The notes under the pieces: generated by a model
What the model was told of the DNA's origin: nothing
Databases searched by the model: none
The model's input: the letters and a program-made list of their open reading frames with translations, nothing else
Assembly: GCA_049516635.1 (NCBI GenBank)
Contig: JBEKSX010000002.1
Location: 3,768 to 67,767 of the forward strand
Source: Ignavibacteria bacterium
GTDB taxonomy: Bacteria > Bacteroidota > Ignavibacteria > Tepidaquicellales > OLB5
Direction of reading: 5' to 3'
DNA length: 64,000 nucleotides
Shown here: one piece after another, positions 57,205-64,000 of the stretch
Layout of the letters: every line of letters starts with the position of its first letter
Position numbering within the stretch: position 1 is the first letter of the stretch
Position numbers and translations under genes: made by a program

Positions 57205-60096
57205 TTAGGCAAGCTTACGCTTTATTTCAACTATTTTATAGGACTCTATTATATCGCCTACCTTTATATCATTGAAGTTCTCCAGGCTAATCCCGCACTC
57301 ATAACCTGCTTCGACTTCTCTTACATCATCCTTAAATCTCTTCAGTGAGAGAATATTGCCGTCGAAAACAGTAAACCCTTCTCTTAATAGCCTGACCTTA
57401 CTCGATCTGACCACTTTACCATCAAGTACATAGCAGCCCGCTATCAGGCCTACTTTTGGTACTTTGAAGGTCTGCCGTACTTCAACTGTAGCAAGTACTT
57501 CTTCAGATTTTTCAGGTTCAAGCAGGCCCTCGAGAGCAAGTTTTATCTCGTTTATCACATCATATATAATATTATGGAGCCTGATATCCACCTTCTCGGA
57601 TTGTGCAAGCTTGCGTGCTTTCAGGTTAGGTCTTACGCTAAATCCCACAATAATTGCGTTTGATGCTGCGGCAAGAAGCACATCGTTCTCTGATATCTCG
57701 CCTATACCTTTATGAATGACACTTACTTTTACTTCTGAAGTTCCAAGTTTCAGGAGTGAATCGGATAATGCTTCCACAGACCCATCTACATCACCTTTAA
57801 TTATAACATTTAGGTCCACCTGTTTTCCCTCTTTGATTTGTTTCGATATATCATCCAGTGTTGTGAACTTTATCTGTCTGAAATCCTGCTCTCGTTTTAG
57901 CTGCTGCCGTTTAAGAGAAATTTCTTTAGTATCTCTTTCGGTGTTCAGTACTACAAGCGTATCGCCTGCCTGGGGCATTCCGTCAAAGCCCGATACCTGT
58001 ACGGGAGTAGAAGGTTTTGCTGTTTCAACACGATTCCCTCTCTCATCGTACATCGCTTTTACTTTTCCGCTAAAAACACCGGCAACAAAACTATCTCCCA
58101 TCTTTAATGTGCCTTTCTGGACAAGTATCGAAGCCAGTATTCCTTTGCCTTTATCAAGCTCTGCTTCAACAACTGCACCGCGGGCATTTCTATGTGGATT
58201 CGCTTTCAGGTCGAGCAGCTCCGCTTCGAGCAAAATTTTCTCAAGGAGCTTATCTATATTCAAACCTTTCTTTGCAGCGATCTCAACCGATTGGTACTTG
58301 CCGCCCCATTCCTCCACAAGGATTCCTTTATCCGATAATTGAGTTTTAATTTTCAAAGGATCCGCATTGGGTTTATCAATCTTATTGATGGCAATAACGA
58401 TAGGTACATTAGCTGCAAGAGAGTGATTGATCGCTTCTATGGTTTGCGGCATCACATTATCATCGGCAGCAACAACCAGCACAACTATGTCCGTTATTTG
58501 AGCACCCCTCGCCCTCATTGCAGTAAATGCTTCATGGCCGGGCGTATCAAGGAAAGTAATCAGCTTTCCGCTATCCAGACTGACCTGGTATGCCCCGATA
58601 TGCTGTGTTATTCCACCTGCTTCCCCGGCAACTACATTGGTTTTCCTGATATAGTCGAGCAGCGAAGTTTTTCCGTGATCAACGTGTCCCATGATAGTTA
58701 CAACGGGCGGTCTGGAAACAAGTGTCTCCGGGGGATCGTCAGTATCAGCAAGGAGATCCACTTCATATTCCTTATGGAAATCTACCTTGTATCCAAACTC
58801 ATCGGCAAGCAGAACTATGAGATCTTTTTCAAGGCGCTGGTTTATGCTAATCATCATACCCAGCTCTAAGCTTTTTTGTATAAGAAGATTTACATCGATA
58901 TTCATGAGTGATGCAAGTTCGGCTGTGGATAAAAATTCTGTTACCTGAAGTATACTCTGGCTACGGAGAAATTCTTCCTGCTGCTTCTGTTCCTGCTCTA
59001 TCCTTTCTTTTCGTTTTCTCTTTCTCAGCTGGCTTCTTGAGGTTAGGGCGCCGACATCCTCTATCTTTGCCATCGTTTCTCTGATAGCTTCTTCTATTTC
59101 GATGTTCAACGCTTCATCATCATATTTTTTCCGTTTCTTCGCCTCTGCACCATCAGTATATTTCTGCTTTTTTATCTTATTCTTTCTTTCTATATCTCTT
59201 TTCTTTGCATCAAGTGATTCAGGAACGGGTATGGCTTCTATCTGCTTTTCTTTTGGAACCGGAATTCTTTCCTTCTCATCGTGCTGGGCCGGCTTTTTAA
59301 AGAAAGGTCTTTGCCTATAACCCTGCTGCGGTTTTTTCCGCTTTTTATAGTCTTCCTTAATTACTACTTTTTCGTACTTTCTTTCAGTTTTGCCCGCTTG
59401 TTTATCCGCTTTATCCTCATACCGGGGTCTTTGTTCTTCTTTATTTCGCTGGAATTGTGCAGGTTTTTCAGGTTCTCTTTTAGGTTTAAAAGGAGGTTTC
59501 CTTTCAGCAGGCACTGGAATCACCTTTTTTGCTGTAGGTTTCTCTGCAGGTATCTTAATCACCTTTTCTTTAGGTTTTTGTGCTTCTTCTTCTTTTCTTT
59601 TCTTTTCTGCTTCAAGTTGTCTGCGACGTTCTAATTCTTTTTCTTTCTCCAGTTCTTTCTCACGTTCGAGCTGTTCTTTCTTCATCTCGATCAGACGTCT
59701 CTTTTCATCAAGTTCTCTCTGAAGGTGAAGTTCCCTCTCCCTTTTTAGCTTCTCTTCAGCTTCCAGTTTTTCCTTTCTCTCTTCTTCTTCCTGAAGTTTC
59801 CTTTCCCTTTCCTTTTTTACATCCTCTTCAATCTCATTTATCTCTATAGTTTTATGTTTCTTCTTGAAATCGATCAGTTTCTGTTTATGCTTTACTGCTT
59901 CTTCGATATCTGACTTAAAATGCCCGAGGACTTTTCTGTATACAGTCTCATCAACTTTAGACATAATTCCGCTGACCTCGATCCCTATTCGCTTTAGATA
60001 ATCGAGGACCTCAGTACTTTGCCTGTTGACTTCCTTAGCTATACTGAAGATACTTTTACTTTTTCCCTGTGCTGTATCGGTTTTCGTTTCGGGCAT
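57205..60096 (-). CDS. infB: translation initiation factor IF-2
   Basis: The 963-aa ORF has an N-terminal IF2_N domain, a long K/E-rich low-complexity linker, a GTPase domain (GHVDHGKTSLLD, DTPGHEAF, NKID) and C-terminal domains. Confidence 0.95.
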   Translation of the reverse strand: MPETKTDTAQGKSKSIFSIAKEVNRQSTEVLDYLKRIGIEVSGIMSKVDETVYRKVLGHFKSDIEEAVKHKQKLIDFKKKHKTIEINEIEEDVKKERERKLQEEEERKEKLEAEEKLKRERELHLQRELDEKRRLIEMKKEQLEREKELEKEKELERRRQLEAEKKRKEEEAQKPKEKVIKIPAEKPTAKKVIPVPAERKPPFKPKREPEKPAQFQRNKEEQRPRYEDKADKQAGKTERKYEKVVIKEDYKKRKKPQQGYRQRPFFKKPAQHDEKERIPVPKEKQIEAIPVPESLDAKKRDIERKNKIKKQKYTDGAEAKKRKKYDDEALNIEIEEAIRETMAKIEDVGALTSRSQLRKRKRKERIEQEQKQQEEFLRSQSILQVTEFLSTAELASLMNIDVNLLIQKSLELGMMISINQRLEKDLIVLLADEFGYKVDFHKEYEVDLLADTDDPPETLVSRPPVVTIMGHVDHGKTSLLDYIRKTNVVAGEAGGITQHIGAYQVSLDSGKLITFLDTPGHEAFTAMRARGAQITDIVVLVVAADDNVMPQTIEAINHSLAANVPIVIAINKIDKPNADPLKIKTQLSDKGILVEEWGGKYQSVEIAAKKGLNIDKLLEKILLEAELLDLKANPHRNARGAVVEAELDKGKGILASILVQKGTLKMGDSFVAGVFSGKVKAMYDERGNRVETAKPSTPVQVSGFDGMPQAGDTLVVLNTERDTKEISLKRQQLKREQDFRQIKFTTLDDISKQIKEGKQVDLNVIIKGDVDGSVEALSDSLLKLGTSEVKVSVIHKGIGEISENDVLLAAASNAIIVGFSVRPNLKARKLAQSEKVDIRLHNIIYDVINEIKLALEGLLEPEKSEEVLATVEVRQTFKVPKVGLIAGCYVLDGKVVRSSKVRLLREGFTVFDGNILSLKRFKDDVREVEAGYECGISLENFNDIKVGDIIESYKIVEIKRKLA

Positions 60097-60123
60097 TAAT
60101 TAAAATAAATAATAGATTAAAAA

Positions 60124-61236
60124 TTAACTATTTTCTTCTCCAGCTGTTTCGTCATCAGCTGTTACCTCTTCGGTCGCTTGCATCTCCTCCTCTTTCTCTG
60201 GAGGCTGCTCTTTACGTTCCACATCAATTTCGAAGCCTGTGAGTTTAGATGCCAGTTTGATATTCTGGCCATTCTTGCCTATAATAAGTGATACCTGGTC
60301 ATCATCGGCTACGATCTTAGCAGATTTATTTTCTTTATCCAGATAGATATCTTTAAGTTTTGCCGGTGCAAGAGCCCTTGCAATATATAAGCCTATATCA
60401 TCAGAATAATTAATAACATCAATATTTTCATTGCATAACTCACGAACAATAGAATGTATTCTTATACCTTTCATGCCTACGCACGCACCAACAGCGTCTA
60501 TCCTGTCATCGTATGAAAGCACTGAAACCTTTGCTCTTTCGCCCGGTTCGCGCGCTATCCCCTTGATTTCAATGATACCGTCGTATATCTCGGGAATCTC
60601 CAGTTCGAACAATTTCTTCAGAAATTCATCGCATGCACGGGAAACAACTATCAGAGGAGGACCGGAAGAACGCTTCTGAACTTCTTTTATATATACTCTC
60701 AGTGATTCTCCCTTTTTATATCTTTCCTTAGGTATCTGTTCACTTTTGGGAAATATGACTTCGTGACCATTATGTATGAGCAGTATATAGTTCGGCTTAA
60801 GCTGGTATATCTCTCCGACTATTATTTCTCCCGCAAGGTCCTTATAATCATTATAGACAATTTCCTTTTCAACTTCACGTATTTTCTGATTAAGGTTCTG
60901 CTTCAAATTCACAATATGCCTTCTGCCAAAGCTCACAAAGTCGAGCACTTCAACATAATCATCTCCTACGCCTAGCTCTTCGCCTGATCTGTCATTTGCT
61001 GCTTCGACGTCTATCTCTGTTTCAGGATCGGTTACCTGTTCAACAACTGTCTTGGTGAGATACATTTCGATATCACCCTTATCCATGTTGACTATCACGT
61101 CATAATTAGTATTTAGTCCATACTTTTTCTTTATCATCATCCCGAACACATCTTTGATAATGCTCTCGAGGACATCCCTGTCCATCTTTTTATCTTTAAC
61201 CATTTGGGAAAATGATTCAACTATGTCAGATTTCAT
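60124..61236 (-). CDS. nusA: transcription termination/antitermination factor NusA
   Basis: The 370-aa ORF has an N-terminal NusA_N domain, an S1-like domain, two KH domains (GACVGMKG.RI and IGKNGQNI.LAS.L) and an acidic tail. Confidence 0.9.
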   Translation of the reverse strand: MKSDIVESFSQMVKDKKMDRDVLESIIKDVFGMMIKKKYGLNTNYDVIVNMDKGDIEMYLTKTVVEQVTDPETEIDVEAANDRSGEELGVGDDYVEVLDFVSFGRRHIVNLKQNLNQKIREVEKEIVYNDYKDLAGEIIVGEIYQLKPNYILLIHNGHEVIFPKSEQIPKERYKKGESLRVYIKEVQKRSSGPPLIVVSRACDEFLKKLFELEIPEIYDGIIEIKGIAREPGERAKVSVLSYDDRIDAVGACVGMKGIRIHSIVRELCNENIDVINYSDDIGLYIARALAPAKLKDIYLDKENKSAKIVADDDQVSLIIGKNGQNIKLASKLTGFEIDVERKEQPPEKEEEMQATEEVTADDETAGEENS

Positions 61237-61264
61237 GCTTATTCCAAATAATTTAAATTTACAG

Positions 61265-61294
61265 AAAAAAAATGACGCTTTGAAGGAGCGTCAT
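61265..61294 (-). terminator. intrinsic terminator located in the nusA 5' leader
   Basis: The minus-strand 8-bp stem atgacgct/agcgtcat has a 7-nt loop and is followed by 8 T. The T-run ends only 28 nt upstream of the nusA ATG. Confidence 0.6.
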
Positions 61295-61322
61295 CATATT
61301 CTTGACCAAATTTTAACCAACG

Positions 61323-61351
61323 AATATACTTACTTTGTTGTTACAAATCAA
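61323..61351 (-). promoter_or_regulatory. sigma70-like promoter candidate upstream of the nusA leader
   Basis: The minus strand reads TTGATT, a 17-nt spacer, then TATATT. AT-rich context makes chance matches likely. Confidence 0.3.
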
Positions 61352-61452
61352 TACATATATTATATTTCTAAAGAAACGTAAGTTACCTGTTGATTACAAA
61401 CTATTGTAATTAAAGAATTTACTATAACATAATAGGTATTTTCCCTCATATA

Positions 61453-62211
61453 TTATTCTGAAGAACCTATTGTCAACTGATATCCCGCATATAATTGAGC
61501 TTTTACAGGACCCTGGACCCCTCTTCCAGCGGAAATAAGCAGATGATGTTTCTCAGTAAAATCGAATACTAAGCCTACATTAAACCTCGTCTCCGAGCTA
61601 CCTGCAACATCCTGAGGGGTCATGTGATAAAGTTCCACCCCGATATTCAAATTTTTTGTAATCTGATTCTGTACCTGCCATCCCGTATACCACCAGTTTT
61701 TTTTCCCTTCACCAGGATTTATCCAATAACCGCCACCTCCATAAGTCATCCATTTCCCGAAGCTTTTTTGTATCCACACAGGAATATATAGCTGGACTTT
61801 GCCACTTCCCAAACCCTTATCCTGATTGCCGGTGGGCAGTTCGACAAGCGGGAAAGTTCCTATCATCGGTATTGATTTGCTTTCCTGCAGAAATCTGTAT
61901 TTCATTCCGAGTTCGGCATCTCCAAACCCATATTTCTTGCTTCCCTCATTCGGAAAATAAAATCCCATTGGAGCTATTATATGAAGCTGTAGGTTTTCAA
62001 CGGCTCCATAATTCACCTCTACATGAGGAAGAGTTCCTGACCACCCCGCATCATCGTGAATAGGACGAGATGACAGGTAGAACTCCCAATGATGTAATTC
62101 TACAGGTTCCGGGTCATCCGTATCATAGGGTGGGCCTGAGAGAGCAGGTTTTGTGCAAATAAATGCTATTACTATGAAGAGTGATTGTATTCCAAAATAT
62201 GCTTTTGTCAC
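61453..62211 (-). CDS. outer-membrane beta-barrel protein (MetA-pathway/phenol-degradation-like transporter family)
   Basis: The 252-aa ORF has a signal peptide, a PYDTDDPEP motif near the mature N-terminus and alternating amphipathic beta-strands. Confidence 0.5.
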   Translation of the reverse strand: MTKAYFGIQSLFIVIAFICTKPALSGPPYDTDDPEPVELHHWEFYLSSRPIHDDAGWSGTLPHVEVNYGAVENLQLHIIAPMGFYFPNEGSKKYGFGDAELGMKYRFLQESKSIPMIGTFPLVELPTGNQDKGLGSGKVQLYIPVWIQKSFGKWMTYGGGGYWINPGEGKKNWWYTGWQVQNQITKNLNIGVELYHMTPQDVAGSSETRFNVGLVFDFTEKHHLLISAGRGVQGPVKAQLYAGYQLTIGSSE

Positions 62212-62868
62212 GGTTAATGTAACTTATTAATTTAATTTTATAATTCTTCAACAAAATAAACATAGAACCACAGATTTTAGTTTACTAGATGCTTCTGAAG
62301 TTATACTTTTTAGTCAAAATGAGAGTAGTTTGATATGTAATTAACTCTGCGATATGAACTAGCTAAACTGAAAATTGTGTGTCATTAGATTTAATCTAAA
62401 AAGAAATCACCCCCTTAATCCTGCAATACATTTTTAACACTGCATCATTTTTACTATTTGCCTGACCGTATCGAAAGTAGAAACGGTGATCTTATGTGGC
62501 GGTATCTTTTTTCCGAGCCTCCTCTCTATAAATTGCTGGAGAGAAACCAGAGAATAAGGATCTATCAATCCGGTCAACAGTAATCTGCATTTGGCGTGAT
62601 CTCGGTGCGTGGGTCATCCTGAAATTCTTATTGGATAAGTTCAATTAATTTTTCTTCCTTTTATTATTTCCTCTCGTTCTATGAGTTCGAGATAAAGGAT
62701 AAAATATAAGAAATTATTAAATAAATCAAGAAAATATTGATACAATTAAACCTAATTATATTAAATTCTTTGAGAATTTAAAATATTTTGCACTTTTTTT
62801 TTAAAATTGTATTTAATTACTATCTTTCGTAAGTTTATTAACATTATCAAATATAAAATAGATAAAAA

Positions 62869-63483
62869 ATGATAAAATTGAATAAATTTATACAATTAGT
62901 ATTGATATCAGCTTTAAGTTTTACCGTTTTCGGATGCGGATACAATTCCCTCGTTCAAATGGATGAAAAAGTAAACCAGGCGTGGTCACAGGTTGAAAAC
63001 CAGTACCAGCGCAGGGCAGACCTTATTCCTAATCTTGTCAAGACGGTTCAAGGATATGCGGATTTTGAGAAAGGTGTACTTGTTGAAGTAACTGAACTTC
63101 GTTCTAAAGTAGGGCAAATTAAGCTATCAGCAGATGATCTTGCAGACGAGGATAAGTTCAAAAAATTTCAGGAAGCTCAAGATCAGCTTTCGGGAGCTTT
63201 ATCAAGACTTCTGGTTGTTGCAGAAAATTATCCCCAGCTAAAAGCAAATGAGAATTTCCTCCAGCTTCAGACTCAACTCGAAGGTACCGAGAACAGGATA
63301 GCTGTTGAGAGGAAGAAATTCAATGAAGCAGTCCAGGAATATAATACTTCTATAAGAAGTTTTCCAACTTTGATCACCGCAAAGATATTCGGATTTAAAG
63401 ATAAGCAATATTTTAAATCTGTGCTTGGTACCGAAAAACCCCCGGACGTAAATTTTGATTTCAATAAGAAGGAAACAAAATAA
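62869..63483 (+). CDS. lemA: LemA-family protein
   Basis: The 204-aa ORF has an N-terminal anchor and YNSLV...E.V.QAWSQVENQYQRRADLIPNLV.TV.GYA.FE, the classic LemA signature. Confidence 0.85.
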   Translation: MIKLNKFIQLVLISALSFTVFGCGYNSLVQMDEKVNQAWSQVENQYQRRADLIPNLVKTVQGYADFEKGVLVEVTELRSKVGQIKLSADDLADEDKFKKFQEAQDQLSGALSRLLVVAENYPQLKANENFLQLQTQLEGTENRIAVERKKFNEAVQEYNTSIRSFPTLITAKIFGFKDKQYFKSVLGTEKPPDVNFDFNKKETK

Positions 63484-63487
63484 TTCC

Positions 63488-64000
63488 ATGCAGGCAATAA
63501 TAATGGCGGGCGGGTTTGGAACAAGGCTGCGTCCTTTAACTTGCAGCATACCTAAACCTATGGTTCCGTTATTGAATAAACCGATACTAGAACATAACAT
63601 AAATTTGCTCAAGTCTCATGGAATTAAAGACCTGATTATAATTCTCTATTACCAGTCAGAAATTATAAATCAATATTTTAAAGATGGCAGAGCTTTTGGT
63701 GTAAATATACAATATGTAAAACCTGATGCTGATTACGGAACCGCTGGCGCAGTATACAGGGCAAAGGATTACATAAACGATACCTTCTTGATTATTAGCG
63801 GAGACGTAATCACTGATTTCGATTTGACCAAAGCTATATCTAATCATAAAAAGAATTGTTCGGAAGCAACACTTATTTTAACGCATTCAAAGAATCCACT
63901 TCAGTTTGGAATCGTACTGACAGATGAAGAAGGAAAGATACACAAGTTTTATGAAAAGCCTACATGGAGTGAAGTATTCAGCGATACTATAAACACGGGA
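63488..64000 (+). CDS. sugar-phosphate nucleotidyltransferase (partial, runs off the window end)
   Basis: The frame is open from the ATG at 63488 to the window edge (171 codons) and is absent from the ORF track because it has no stop. The N-terminus is MQAIIMAGGFGTRLRPLT...PKPMVP, and GTAGA and ISGD motifs follow. Confidence 0.8.
   Translation, partial: MQAIIMAGGFGTRLRPLTCSIPKPMVPLLNKPILEHNINLLKSHGIKDLIIILYYQSEIINQYFKDGRAFGVNIQYVKPDADYGTAGAVYRAKDYINDTFLIISGDVITDFDLTKAISNHKKNCSEATLILTHSKNPLQFGIVLTDEEGKIHKFYEKPTWSEVFSDTINTG

Noticed and set aside
57464-59849. A series of plus-strand ORFs (up to 208 aa) rich in Ser/Phe/Leu runs.
   Set aside because: They are antisense to infB, mostly to its K/E-rich low-complexity linker. 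Their composition is the mirror image of that repeat and they carry no motif support.
62400-62640. A possible gene remnant on the minus strand. It comprises a 41-codon ORF from the ATG at 62615 and a roughly 60-codon start-less frame ending ...LQQFIERRLGKKIPPHKITVSTFDTVRQIVKMMQC.
   Set aside because: It has no start codon in the longer frame, no recognisable family motif, and falls below the ORF-track threshold. It might be a pseudogene fragment, but I cannot support that without a BLASTX search.

Overview
This is an AT-rich chromosomal segment that most resembles an Ignavibacteriota or other FCB-group bacterium. That placement is an inference from a T9SS-type C-terminal sorting domain, many TPR lipoproteins and weak Shine-Dalgarno signals. 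All product calls come from reading motifs in the supplied translations by eye; no database search was run.

I count about 60 protein genes, one tRNA-Leu(UAA) and several intrinsic terminators. I found no rRNA, CRISPR array, transposase or integrase. Most of the window is housekeeping:
- The nusA-infB-rbfA-truB-ribF-rpsO-pnp block lies on the minus strand (52.6-61.2 kb).
- Other core genes are trpS, prfA, gltA, class II RNR (nrdJ), dapF, gpmA, ptrB, an M20 dipeptidase, and TonB with a PstS-like protein and a TPR protein.

Five loci deserve follow-up:
1. 19.1-22.9 kb: a four-gene accessory island between gltA and nrdJ. A UDG-fold-like protein and an HNH nuclease are divergent from a TcmP-like protein and a three-Cys Gp37/Gp68 (DUF5131) protein. 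A 790-bp ORF-free repeat field follows. I read this as a candidate undescribed DNA-modification/restriction-like system.
2. 26.85-30.73 kb: an operon of a KamA-type aminomutase, a small GNAT and two paralogous Ddl-like ATP-grasp ligases. It could make a beta-lysine-derived peptide, osmolyte or protein modification.
3. 4.25-4.73 kb: a tRNA-Leu gene flanked by two truncated 5' copies carrying inserted hairpins and one 3' copy with a perfect 25-nt repeat.
4. A dispersed family of GC-rich nested-hairpin repeats.
5. An intrinsic terminator inside the nusA leader.
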